Source: Callorhinchus milii
Taxonomy: Eukaryota
Assembly (NCBI RefSeq): GCF_018977255.1
Contig: NW_024704742.1
Span: 55,802,001 to 55,866,000, forward strand
Direction of reading: 5' to 3'
Length of the DNA: 64,000 bases
In this document: positions 51,061 through 64,000 of the stretch, piece after piece
Numbering within the stretch: the stretch's first letter is position 1
How the letters are laid out: each line of letters begins with the position of its first letter
Program-made: the position numbers and the translations under genes
The notes under the pieces: generated by a model
Told to the model about the DNA's origin: nothing
Seen by the model: the letters and a program-made list of their open reading frames with translations, nothing else
Databases searched by the model: none

Positions 51061-52627
51061 ATACATAATACATGATGTATCAGTCACAGTGAACAAGCTG
51101 ACATACACAGCAGGTAGTAGAAAGGCACTGGCCTTGTTCAAAAATGTTAGCAAGTCTGATCTTAGCCATATACGGTACAAATCAATGTACCTGAATTCAG
51201 TGAATAGATCAAGGCAGCTGTGTGCTTTATCTGCTCACCACATTGATCAGGAATGAGCCCTCCTCTTCCTTATCGCACTGGGATGCATCCAGTGAGAGCT
51301 CTTTTGAGCATCTGAAAGCCAAACTGTGGGAGTTGTGGGGCAGCTCTGATTCCCCAACGACAGATGTGCTTCAGGATGTGATCCTATGGAAGATCCTTTA
51401 TGCGATGCGCTTAATGAGTTTGGCAAACATGCTGCTGTAAATTCTATAAATAGAGAATAAAAACACTTTGAATGAAGTGCTGCCATTAAAATCTATTCGA
51501 TCTTCAAAAAATGTTGCATTTTCCTTTCATGATTTAATTTTTTATATAATTGCCGATTTCACAGTATTTGAAGACATATTTTAGAGCCTGGGTGAATTTA
51601 ACCATTTGCTTCCCCTCCAACTTTATCTTAGTTCTGCTCTCCAGAACCAGTGACCCGGGCTAGGAGAGGGATGGACATTGATAGCAGTGGCCCTCCTAGA
51701 TCGCATCCAAGTGTCCATTGTTTGCATTTAAACCTGGACAGTGAGTGTCAATGGATTTTGTAACCATGGGGCTATCATAGCCAGGCCTAATCTTGACTTC
51801 ATTTCATGTCCAAATGTACTGAAGTGTCCAAATATTAAAGACTTCAGCAATCAGGCTAGAGAGTCGACTGGAAGAGATAACTCACATTGAGAAAACAACA
51901 CCAAACATCAAGACAGACTTGATTAACCAAATCTATGTCACCATCTATGGCAAGACACTCCAATTCTACTCCCTTAACCTCTGAAACTCCCTTCCTCTAT
52001 TCCACCATCTCGGCCCCCACCCCATCAGTTTTTAAATCCTGCGTTAAAACATTTTCTAGCTATGATCACTGCCTATCACCACTCACCCCGCCCCACCATT
52101 GTAAAGCTCTGCAATACATTATTCCACTACAAGAAGGACACTATATAAAGCTGTTATTGATATTGAGGTCTGACTCTGAATAAGGATTTTCTAAATGTGC
52201 ACTGGGAAATCCAACTGCTTTACATTGCAAGTGGTCTCCAGAGGCCAGCTTGTCTCAAGAGACCAACCATTAAGATTCAAGTGGCCTAAAGGGCATTAGG
52301 TGAGAAATTAGACAGCTCATATTGTTCAAAAACTGTATCAATTTCATCTCTGGCTCTGGAGAGTGTAGCAGGAAGTGAAATGCCAGAGCAAATAATGAAA
52401 GTATCTTAAATTATTCTGGGTGCCAGTAATTGAGTTGACATATCCTCAATTAGCTAACTCAATCCTTTCACACTCCATCAGAAAGTGGGTTTGCTTACAC
52501 ACATAAATTAATAATAAATTGAGCAACAATAAAGTGACTTCAGTGGCCACTTGCAGACCACTTATCTTATCATGTTGTGATTCCTCATCCTGGGTCATGT
52601 ATAAGTGAAATCCTGTGTGACTTTTCG

Positions 52628-52865
52628 AGCTGCAGTATTTCATACAAACAACAACAACTTGCATTTATATAGTGCCCTTCATGCAGGTAGCATCTTGGAG
52701 TGTTTAACAGTGGTGGAACTTGACAACGAGTCACGGAGAAAAGAGGTGACCGAAAGCACGGTTAAGAGGAAGGTCTTCAGATGCGATCTAAGGGGAAGGA
52801 GAGTGCAAGGTAGAGGGATTGAAGCAGAGGGTTTCAGAGTTTCAGGGAGTAGTTACTGAAAGCAC
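52628..52865 (-). mobile_element. Old L2 3' fragment
   Basis: Antisense tail caacaacaacttgcatttatatagtgcccttcatg and ggttaagaggaaggtcttcag. Confidence 0.7.
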
Positions 52866-53116
52866 AGGTATTGATGTTGAAGTGGAGGTATTTTGATAAT
52901 ACAAAGTACAGTATTATCATGACTAAGGTATAAAAAGTGAAATTTGAAACAAAACAGAAAATGTCCTGACTGAAAAGAGCTAACTTGTCTCCGAAAAAGT
53001 GCTAAATAAATATTAAACAGGCCCATCCCATTGACAAAAGCATTATGGTTGTTGATCAAGAAAATCATTTTTGGCTATCACTCAGTCTCTACAGAACAAA
53101 ATGAATTACTGTATAG

Positions 53117-53535
53117 TAATAACAAACTTTGCTTTTGATACCGCCCTTATCGCATCATACAAACATCTTAAAGTTCCCACCGTATTAAAAAAAGGTTTAG
53201 TGACTGAATCTTTGTAGGTGAACGCGGCAGCCAATTTGCAAACAGCAAAGACCCACAAATGGCCATGAAATAAATCATCAATTTTATCAGGCAGATTATT
53301 GGTCAGGATATCAGGAGAAACTGCCTTCTCTTTTCAAATAGTAACATGAGATTTGTAATGTCCATCTGAACAGACAGATGGGATCTCGGTTTGACGTCTC
53401 ATCTGACAATGCAGCACATCCCCAACATGGACTGAAGTGTCAGCCCAGATTATGAACTCAAATTCTTGACGTGCGGCTTGAACCCAGAGTCTTATTATCT
53501 CAGAGGCGAGTGTTACCAACTGAGCCAGAATGACA
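53117..53535 (-). mobile_element. Old Deu-core SINE, near full length
   Basis: Core gcggcagccaatttgcaaacagc, gtccatctgaacagacagatgg, head tcagaggcgagtgttaccaactgagcca. Confidence 0.85.
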
Positions 53536-56500
53536 TAAAAGGGAGAACTGTGGTTCTGCCTTTCGATAATTTCACATCATATCCCATAGAGCTTCACTGA
53601 GGATATCTTGAAATAGAAAAATATATTTAAAGAAACACTAAAAAAGTACTAAAGACACATGTTAGTTTAAGAATAGGTAAGTAGTCCTAGTAGTAATAAT
53701 ACTAATCCTTGTATTTGATGTAACGTCTTATCACGTCGTTCAGACGTCTCAAAGTGCTTCATATGTTGTAAAGTGAATTGACTGTATATTTTGTGGGTGA
53801 ATATTGCCAATATTTACCCATAAAATTGTCTCTATTTAAGTGATCTCACACAGTTTTTATTGCTAATGTCTTGGTTTACCCTTGTGTTAAAAGTGTAGTA
53901 GATTAAATCATATTTATGACATTTTTAAAAAAAAATTCATGTCAATTTTTTAAACTTTTGGTGCAAAGAATGCTACTGCCAGTGGTATGAGGGACACACT
54001 TTAAAAAAAAAGTACTTAACTTTCGCACAAGTTGAGCACTTCATATAAACAAAGAACAGTGTTCGCAATTTTCAAAGACATTCTGTAAAGATTGTTTTCT
54101 GAAGTTGATGAATGTCTTTGTTACAGTGACGCTTTGAGAATTTTCTGATACGGCTTAAAGTGACAGAAAGAGAAAACGTTATTTTTCACAGATAAGGCCA
54201 TACAAATGCACAGCCAGAATGCAGTGTTCAATTGTCTGGAAAGTTGTGATAATTTGGGTTTTATCTTTTGGCTTAAAGTTTACATTGCATCTTATCTCCT
54301 TGCTTTTATTTCTCTTGTTGAATGAATCATTGTTTGTATTTTCCAAGTCAGTTGTGCCCCCAATTATTCATATTGTGCAATCATATAGCTGTGAAGTACG
54401 AAAAACTAAAAACTGAATTTGTGTCTATTGTATAAAATTATTAAATTTAATTCACATGAATTCATCTGATCTTAAATCTTTTAGTGTTTCTACCGTAGCT
54501 GATGTGAGGTTACTCTGTACACCGATAAGTTAATTTTGAACCAATTTGCTATGTAAGAATCCACTTTGAAATAAATTGGTCTGAATTTATTTCTGTCCTG
54601 GATGCCTCAAAAGATTGAATGAACTCAGATCAACTTAAAATCATGCAGGATTATAGTATTTACTTCAGGGGCATGGTGTCATCTTTCGGATGAATGTAAT
54701 TTATTTTCTGAAAATAGCCGTTTGATGAGAAAATTAAACCTTTCAAAAATCAGTCATTTGGTGGGTAATCAATTGCACTGCTGCAAATGCAGGAATCCAA
54801 TGCCACTTTTATATTGTGGTTCATAAAACTCAGAATGTGGCCTGAAGTCTCCGGCTGCATCTAAAACCATCCTCCGAGAGACGTTCTCCTGATGTGAGAG
54901 GCACTATATAAATGTAAATTGTGTTGTGTTGCATTATGCACTTTGTACTCAGATGAACGCCTGACTTCATCAAGATGACAACAGCAACTTGCATTTACAT
55001 AGCATCCTATACGTGGGGTAGCATCTCATAGCACTTAAATGAAACCTTTTAATAATCAGTCAGATGGGAAATCAGTTTCACTGCCGCAAATGCAGGAATC
55101 TAACGCCCGCATAATCTAATGCTCATAAAATATTTCTGTGATCTGCGTTACTGGAATAACAACAGTGAAAGCTTCATGGTACACCTGATTATCAGGCATA
55201 ATGGGCAAAATGTCACTGGTTCTGATCAGCACAGGCCCTCTCCGTTAAGGATCTCCTCCATGCAGAGCTATCGGGAGGTCTGAGTCTGACTATAAAACTA
55301 CTGTAGACTACTAAACGCTCTGAGACTCTACCCAGCATGGAGGGCACTATATACGTGCAAGTTGTTGTTGTTTAAAAAGCATCATATAAAATTAAAGGAC
55401 ACTTAACATGCTGTGAAATATTATGTACAAGAAACTAGTCAGATAATAAAAGCTAATGTGGATCTGTGAGGATTCTGTTCTAGATCTGGAGGATTTATTG
55501 CTCACAACAGCTTGCTACTGGTGGTACTTTGTGTGGGTAAGCATTTCCTTCCTGAACAAGTCATTCACTCTCAATTGGCTATACTGTATACAGGAACCAC
55601 TGCAAACAGAAATTGCCAGTTACAATTACTGCAGCACAACTGAAAGAGAAATTAATGAAGAAAATAAAAATTTGCTTGTACAAAGTGCTCTTATGTTGAA
55701 ATGTCTCAAAGTGAACATTAACTTGTAGGTAGGGTGAATTCATTTGTAGGCATATGTAGCACCTATTAACACTAACCAGGTCCCTCAAACAGTCATGAGC
55801 TGAATGACAAACTGATCTGGGGGATTTTACTGAAAACAAACATCCTTTTCTTTTCTCAATTTAACACCTCGCCTCTGAGAATGCAGTGGTCCACCACTAG
55901 TGCACTGGAGTGTCAGCCTAGAAAAGAGTTTGTGGAGCCTGAATCATTACCTTCTAACTGCAGAGGCAAAAGCGCTACCAACTAAGAGAAACTGAGATTT
56001 TACAGCACAGGAGACCGTATAGTATATCATGTCTTTTGTGGAGGCAAGCTCTCACCAGAGATCTACTTTTGCCCCATGATCTCTTTTTATACACTTGACA
56101 TTAAACTTCTATCATCAAAAGGTACATAGTTTGTATTTATATTTTTCTGTGTATCTGCAACTTTTTTAAAAAAAGTTACAATTGAGCTTAAAATTGAATG
56201 CGTATTTTGCTGTGAAGTCTAGTGACTATGCATTCATAGGTGAAAGTAGCAACAAGTTTGCACACAGCAATGCCCACAAACAGTCATTGAGTGAATAATC
56301 CATTTTATCTGTGACGTTGTTAACCAGGACACTGGGAGAAACTCTTGTTTTTGAATAGTGCCATGGGATTTTTAACATCCACCTGAACTGGCATATAGGA
56401 CCTTAAATTGTAAGACAAAATGATCAAAGACTAGGTGAATTTTTCAGGGCTGAGATTGTGTAACCTTTATCAACTGGTGCTGTCGTCCATCTCTAACGGT

Positions 56501-57290
56501 TTGCTTCAGTTATTCTGAACAGATGTTTTGCTATATTGGAAGCAATTTACAGCAATTCCCAGATGAATATTTTAGAGAAACTGAATGTTACTGCAACAGC
56601 TGGGTAGTGGTGTTTACCAGGAGAAAAGTTCCTGGATACATGGTAACTCTAGTGTTTTGTACAGTTTACTCACAACTGACTTCAATTTTCAATATATAAG
56701 TTCTTTGCCCAGAATGAAAAGAGTTGATAATATTGGCTGCCAAGTTTCACTGACAAAATATACAGTCAATTCACAGTATACTCTGTGTAGCGCTTTGAGA
56801 TGTCTCAATGACGCAATAAGGTGCTACATCAAACACAAGGATTATTATTATTAATATTATGGAACTGGTTCCATTTGCCATAACATAGAAATGAAACAAT
56901 AAAATTGTGCTGCAGACAGTACTCAGAGCTGATAACCGTCTGACAAATGTATGACGCTCTCTCTCTCTTTGAAGCAAAAATATCGCTGATAAGCTTAGCT
57001 GCTAAATAAAATGACTGTATGATTTAACATTAAGAATTTTATTTCAATATGGGAAAATGAAATTGCAATTTTAATAATAACCTTGCCTTTGATATGGGGC
57101 CTTTCACATTGATAGGATATCTCAAAGCATGTCACAAGATATAATGTGAAGCGTTGTGGCTGTGTATTTTGTAGGCAAATGCAGCAACCTATTTGTACAC
57201 AGCAATGTCCCAGATAGCTATGAAGTGAATGATCAATTTTATTTGGGGATCATTGGCCGGTACACCGGGTAACACTTCTTTCTCTTTTCT

Positions 57291-58927
57291 AATATTAGGT
57301 TTAGGTTTAGAATAGTTTTGGAAAAGGACAACAATCAATCAAAGGTAAAGACCCTCAACTGGACGGGGGCTGATTTCAGTGAGCTAAAAAGGGACCTGGC
57401 CAAGATAGATTGGAAAGAGAGATTGGCAGGTAAGACAGCAAACGAACAATGGGAAGCCTTCAAGAAGGAGATAGTTTGCGGACAGAGCAAATGCATTCCC
57501 ACAAAGAGGAAAGGTAGGACAGTCAAACCTCCCTGGATGACTCAGGATATTGGGATTAAAATTAAACAGAAAAAGGAGGCTTATGACAAATGTTAGGTTC
57601 AAAACACACAGGATAATCAAATAAAATATAAGAAGTACAGAGGAGAAGTGAAAAGGGAAATAAGAAGGGCGAAGAGATTGTACGAGAAAAGATTAGCAGG
57701 AAACATAAAAGGGAATCCTAAGGTATTTTATAAACATATCAAGAGTAAAAGATTAGTCAAAGGTAGGGTGGGTCTAATTAGGAACCAAAGTGAAAATCTT
57801 CTTGTTGAGGCAGAAGGCATCGCTGATGTACTAAATAAGTACTTTGCAACTGTCTTCACAAAAGAAAAACTGGCTAGGAGACAGAAAGCAGAGAATGGTA
57901 GTAAACGGTTGCTTTTCTGACTGGAGGGAGGTGTGTAGTGGTGTCTCTCAGGGGTCGGTATTGGGACCACTGCTCTTTCTGATCTATATTAATGATCTGG
58001 ACCTGGATACAGGGAGCACAATTTCCAAATTTGCAGACGATACTAAGCTAGGAAAAGTAGTTAATGGTGAGGAAGATAGCACCAGACTTAGACAGATTGG
58101 TAAAATGGCCAGAAACGTGGCAAATGAGGTTTAATATGGAGAAAAAGTGTTGCATTTTGGTAGGAAGAATGAGGAGAGGCAGTATAAGCTGATGGTGCAA
58201 TCTTAAAGGGGAATGAACAGAGAGACCTGGGGGTCCACATAAGCAAATCTCTGAAGGTGGCAGGACAGGTAGATAAAGCTGTTAAAAAAGCATACGGGAT
58301 ACCAGGTTTTATAAATAGGGGCATAGAATTCAAAAGTCAGGAGATTATGTTGAATATTTATAAAATGCCGGTTAAGCCTCAGTTGGAGTATTGCGTTCAG
58401 TTCTGGGCACCGCACTTTAGGAAAGATGTTAGGTCTTGGGGGGGGTGCAAAGAAGGTTTACCAGGATGGTACCAGGAATGAAGAACCTTAGTTATGAGGA
58501 GAGATTAGCGAAACTAGGATTATTCTCCCTAGAGCAGAGAAGATTAAGAGAGGGTTTAATAGAGGTTTTCAAGATCATGAGAGGATTTGGTAGGTTGAAC
58601 CGAAAAAAAACTGTTTCCACTGGCATGTGGGTCAGTAACCCGAGCACATCGATTTAAGATAGTTGTTAAAAGAAACAGTGGGGAGGTTAGAATTTTTTTT
58701 TTCACCCAGCGAGTTGTTTGGATCTGGAATGCATTACCTGAAAGGGTAGTGGAAGCCGATTCAATAACAACTTTTAAGAGGGAAGTAGATGGGTATTTGG
58801 GGAGGACAGGATTGCAGGGCTACAGATAGAAAGCGGGCCAGTGGGATTGAATTGGATTGCTCTTTTAGGAGCCGGCGAAGATGCGATGGGCCGAATGGCC
58901 TTTTGCTGTATGATTCTATGATTCTAT
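57291..58927 (+). mobile_element. CR1 LINE ORF2, 5'-truncated, internally deleted, with frameshifts and a stop
   Basis: LNWTGADF...PPWMT; NIKGNPKVFYKHI...LNKYFATVFTKE; NWLGDRKQR...[20 protein letters not shown]...SKFADDTKL; LEYCVQFWAPH; terminus tgattctatgattctat. Confidence 0.95.
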
Positions 58928-59785
58928 AATAGAGCCGTAGGATCTTTATAAATGTAAATAGTATATACAAAATATAAATGGTACGTAAGCTTGAAATGAA
59001 CTTTTACACATTAATTTATTGAAGGCTATTTATGTACATAGCTTTAAACAACAGTTTGAAATTTACAAAGCTGTTTGGTCTTTTCGGAATAACTGAAATG
59101 ACCTTCTGTTGATTCCCAGCCAAATCTGAACTGCTCACATCACTAGTTCTTCCTCCTGCTCAATGGCAGAGTGAAAATTTGGCCCAGCTCCATTTCTGCT
59201 TCACCACCTGGGGAGGACATGCCTTTGTGAGCATGAACACACAAGCTTGGTATTGGCTCAGTTCCACCCACTATCCCTGTTGGGTCAGGTTTGCAGATAG
59301 AGTCCAAATTTGCACTCATCTCTGGTATTCACTTCTACTATCAAATCTAAAACTTCCTACAGAATTGCAATGGAGCCACAAAATAGACGATGTAATAAAG
59401 CCTGTTAAATGTCACCGCTCAGCCTTATCTTAATAGCAAAGAGTTACATTTCCACCCACTGAAGTGTGGAAATTGTCTGCACAGGAAACCTATACTGCTG
59501 ACTTGGACGACTGGCTTCATGACTAAGATTACAAATTAAAGATAAATAATACTCAAATAGAAAAGTCATCATCCTCTCATATTATCTGTGGGGTAGGGGG
59601 AAATCCTTAGGATGCAGTTACTAGGTGCTATACAAATGTAATCTTGTAGTTGTTTTTAAATGTAATCTTCGAAAATGATTTTCAACATGAAAAACTGTTT
59701 GATGTGTTCAGAAGCCCTTTGACACATTCTGCTGATATGAAAGGTGTCATATCAAGTGTAAGTATTACTATATTGTTGGAATTAG

Positions 59786-60110
59786 TTTTTTTTTGTTCAG
59801 CCAAGTGTCTGAAAACCTACCACTGTACTTAAGAGTATCCAAACCAAACTGAGAGTTCCATATAGGTATACCATCTACACATGGAGAGTTTCCTGTGCCT
59901 TGAAAGGAATGTGCACTTTCTTCCTGGTGGAGAGAGTGCACATTCCTTTCTGGAGAAAATTTACCTAATTCTGGAGAATATTCGGTGCAGCTGACAAGAG
60001 CCAAGGCTTGAGGGAACCCCAGATTGTGTGTTGGGGGTACTGTTGGAGTTTAACAAGATGAAACCACATAGTTTGCCATTGAGAGCATTTTCTGGCCACC
60101 TTCCTGTTAA
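59786..60110 (-). repeat. Family X, antisense 3' half
   Basis: Reverse complement aligns with about 1021-1322 (caatggcaaactatgtggttt, actccaacagtaccc, tttggtttggatactcttaag); poly-A end appears as T9 at 59786. Confidence 0.8.
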
Positions 60111-61839
60111 TTGTCCAGCAAGGACCACCCTACATGTTAGGGTTTTAGCTTGCAGGGTTAACATGAGCTGAGTGGGAAGACTGTTTTGGAGAACGTGGAT
60201 TGAGTATTGGTTAATGACACAGTAAGAGGGAGTCTGTGCTAAAAAATATTTTATCACCAGAACCAAAAGATATGCCAAATGGAAGAGAATTTGATACTCA
60301 GCCAGAATGAAAAAAAAGCTACATTGACGGTGTTGTGTTAGGATCCAATTTGCAATGTTCGCAAACAAGATTAAAACCTCTCACTGTAATGTCTGTTTGT
60401 GAATAGCTGAAATGTGGGTTCTTCACAAAATGGCTAATTGCGAATTCTGTGAACTGACAAAGGGCAAAAAAGGGACATAAAGCGTAACTGACAAAGATGG
60501 AATTTCATTTTTATCAGCCATAAGCATATTCCCCATGGGGAAGTACAGAAAGCCTATTAGCTAAGCAAATGGGGGCAGGCAGGGGAGTGGAGTATGAGCA
60601 GATCAGAGAGGCAGGGAGGTCCTAGGGCATGAAGGGGAATAATATGTGAGAGATGAGGACCTTTCAATCAATCTGTTCAGAAGCAGGGAGCAAGCGGAGC
60701 TTGACGAGGATTGAGGTGATGGACGTGTGGAGTTTGGATGAAGACACGGCAAACAATCAGAGAGTTAATATCAGAGCATTGCACTTGACTTGTCAGTGTT
60801 GACCTAATTTCTGGTAACATTATTAAAGAGCTTGAGGTCTGATCAACTTTTACAGCATTAAAAACCTTCAGGTTGGTTTCACATTAGCAGTTATACTAAA
60901 GCTGATGCAAAGCATGAGCAGTCTGATGTTATCTTCCAGAAATAGGCTCCAGTACTTGTCTGAATCTGGGGCCTGAAATTAAACTTGCAATACAGAATTC
61001 ACATGGCTTAATATTGAATGTGCAGTGCCAGTGTCAATCTGCAACAATGACAATTTATACAGAGCCTTTCACACAAATCTTGTGCTCTCTCTCTCTTTCA
61101 GTCTCTACAACGACGTCTTAAAGAATTTCACACAGCAGACTGGAAGTGGGAAACTTATATGAATCAACAAAACAAGTTTCCTGTTCAGCAAGACCATCTG
61201 AATCAACATCAGTTACATGCAGACAACAGAAGGAAGCATGGAGCAAAGGAAAAGTCATTTGACTCAGTATGGCTGCTTCTTCAACATACCACCTAAACTA
61301 CACCCTATCATAGAATCCATCTGTCCATTCTATCTCATAGGAGAAAATTCATCAAAGTTATTCCCTGATCCTCAATTAATTATCATGTTAATACACCTAA
61401 ATATTTCTTCATCTCCACAGTTCTGTTATGTAATTATGGCTTACTTCCCTCCATACTTAACATTGCCCCCTCACCCTCAGGCCATGGCAGCAAATAAATC
61501 ACGGTTAAAGATCAAAAAGGAAATGTATGTTTATTGCACCAGTTCTGGAGTGTAGCAGTATTCCATGGACACTGGTCACTGCTAACAGTACCATCTATCA
61601 AGTGGGAAAGTCACAATCAATCACAGCTTGGCATCGAAAAGGCACTCCTACAAAGTAGATAGGGAGTGAATAATGTGACTAAGCAAGGGGGTTTGCTAGG
61701 CTGGAACCCAGAAGCCATTGAAATAATTTTTTTCATGAAATCAAGTCAAGTTTTTGAAATAATTTTTAGCAAGCATTTCATAAAGTGTCACATAAAAAAT
61801 TGGATAAAATGAATGCACATGATGGAGTTAAAAGCAAAA

Positions 61840-62560
61840 TTGTACCAAGGATGGGAAATTGGTTGGGAGATAGGAAGCAGAGAGTTGTTAATTGTTCTCT
61901 GAATGGCAGGAAGTAACAAATGGCATCAGTGCTGGGCTCCAGCTTTTTACCTTCTATATTGATGTCCTGCATACAAGAATAGAGAACATAAGAAATGCTA
62001 GACGGAAAAAGACCAAGATCCATCTAGTTTGCCTTCTACCTTCATATAATAATAAATAATAATAGTAAAAATAATAATAATAATCCTTGCATTTGATATA
62101 GAGCTTTTCATGTCTTCTAGACATCTCAAAGCGCTTCACAGAATAGAATGTAAAGTGAATTTGTGGGCGAAATGTGGCAGCCAATTGCGCACAGCAGTGT
62201 CCCACAAACAGTCGTGGATTGAAGTGACCAATTTATTATTGTTTTTTTTCTTGAGGGATTATTATCAGGAGAGTGGAGTAAGGAAACTTGCCCAAGGTTT
62301 CACCCTGCCGGGAATCGAACCCAGGTCTCTCGCTTGCAAAGCGAGTGCTCTAACCACTGAGCTACAGGACTGGCGATTACATGCACGTATGTCCCAAACT
62401 ACCTGTGTACTATATTCCATAATGTTATTTCTTAAAAGCAAACTATGTAATCTGTGTTTGAAAGAATCAACACTTCCTGCTTCAACTGTCTCCCTAGGGA
62501 GAACTGGTTCAATGGACAGAATGGCCTCCTCCTGTGCCCATTTTCCTATATTCCTATGTT
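61840..62560. mobile_element. Nested CR1 fragments (plus-strand pieces flanking an antisense CR1 3' end)
   Basis: NWLGDRKQRVV on plus near 61855; antisense CR1 tail agaacataagaaatg at 61983 continuing after 62372; plus-strand CR1 tail gaatggcctcctcctgtgc...ttcctatgt near 62520. Confidence 0.65.
62045..62370 (-). mobile_element. Young full-length tRNA-Ala-like SINE
   Basis: Antisense head gggaatcgaacccaggtctctcgcttgcaaagcgagtgctctaaccactgagctacaggact with intact A and B boxes; long (TAA)n tract on plus. Confidence 0.92.
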
Positions 62561-63845
62561 TGTAACCTGGGAATGTTGATTTTATTAGGGAATGTGCATA
62601 ATAATAGTAAGTAACATCCATAGGCTATGTTGTGCATCACCAAACTCCTTTCACCTATGTCAATCTCTGCCCAAGACAAAAAGCTTTAAAAGCTTTAAAG
62701 TTAGATTGGATAATTACTGGCTTTATGGTACACACAGCCATATGACAATTATCCCCTCCCCTACACTATTTTTGGTGAACTATAACAAATATGCTGACCA
62801 CTTGGCTGTGAAGCATGTGAAATATTCTATGAAATATAGTCAATTATGGCAATAAACAATAAAAAGGCTCATTTTAGTTTAACACAAAAAGCATCACTCT
62901 CATTTATTTGCCATGAAAAATCCTACCACTTTGAGTACTTAAAGACATCACCACATATCAACATTCCTGAAGAAGTGACTGGAGAAAAGGGAAGAATGAG
63001 GAAAAAGATTAGACAGAATTGCAGGTGTGGAGGGGATTTGTCATTCTAGTGGTGAGGTCTGTCTACAGCTCTGTATGAAAGTGTTCTGTACAGTCCTGTT
63101 AGTCCACATGTAAAATAAAATTCAGTAGATTGTACTCAAGGTACTTTATCTATAGGTATGCGTGATTGACTCCTAAAATCATTAATGTTTTTCTCTTTCT
63201 TCCTGGAAAAACCTGCTGGGTACCTCATCATAGCTTCCACTGTGCTGGGAGAGCCATATTTGCCATTTACTGTGAAGGCTGCTCATCCTGACAAACACTG
63301 TTGAAGGAAGCCAGTCATTTCTGCTCGTACAGAAAAATATAATTGCTTGATACAGTAGGCAATGGCATAGGAGTGTTAGAAGCTATTGAAGCTACCTCTG
63401 CCTCCCATATTGCTAGGTTGGCCAAAATAATGTGGCAGCCAGGGGAAAGCTGGCATTTCCAAGGGTCGTGTCTCGATTATCCATCAGATGTTGGAGTGCC
63501 TTCAAATCCATTCCACAAGTCTGCAATATCACTGGGTATCAAGTCAAGACAGAAATAGCAACACACCCATTTCTAGCCAAAATGATTCCAAATGTGTTGA
63601 AGGTAAGTTTGATGTTACTCTTTAGATCTCAAAATTTGGGTTTAATGCATCCTGTACAACATCTAACATATCCACAAACAGTAGCTGAGTAAGTGCTTTC
63701 TCTGCCACTGTGTGGAGAAACCATTTTCCGAAAGGCAACCTTCTTAAAAATGCCTTTATTAGTAATTTTCCAATGCACATTTCATGTCTTCTTGCATCCC
63801 TTCTCAACATCTATTTTAGTTGTACCATTGTCAGTGTTGCACACT

Positions 63846-64000
63846 GTCCTCCTTGGGGAAGGTAAGCGGGGTCCCCTTGGAGCTGAACTGGCTCCAAGGT
63901 GACGTGCCTGGCAATGGAATGTCAGAATCGAGCCAGCTCTCTGTGGCAGTCTCGGTAGTTCGGTTCCTGAGCCAGTTGGGTCTGCAGTATTTCAGAGCAC
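63846..64000 (+). repeat. Family X 5' part, cut by the window edge
   Basis: Colinear with 737-890 (ggagctgaactggct..aaggtgac, ggaatgtcagaatc, cggttcctgagccag). Confidence 0.85.

Overview
Eukaryotic, AT-rich, repeat-dense DNA with no recognisable host protein-coding gene; probably intergenic or a large intron. The repeat content (tRNA-headed SINEs with a Deu-type core, L2 and CR1 LINE fragments) suggests a cartilaginous fish, possibly a holocephalan such as the elephant shark. That assignment comes from my recall of repeat families and was not searched. Nearly all protein-like ORFs in the track are decayed retrotransposon sequence. Best-supported elements: a 5'-truncated L2 with RT motifs (26783-28122, minus); an internally deleted CR1 (57291-58927); a decayed R4/Dong-clade element with RT and restriction-like endonuclease motifs between TAA-rich tracts (45073-47245); an 858-bp solo LTR with an ACAT target-site duplication inside an older SINE (12654-13511); and two SINE families whose 3' tail matches L2. 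Most interesting unexplained items: a dense promoter-like motif cluster with no visible gene (35860-36065), and an unclassified ~600-bp hairpin-rich dispersed repeat with no tRNA head, seen in seven copies or fragments. Boundaries of old repeats are approximate and read by eye. I found no convincing new multi-gene system.
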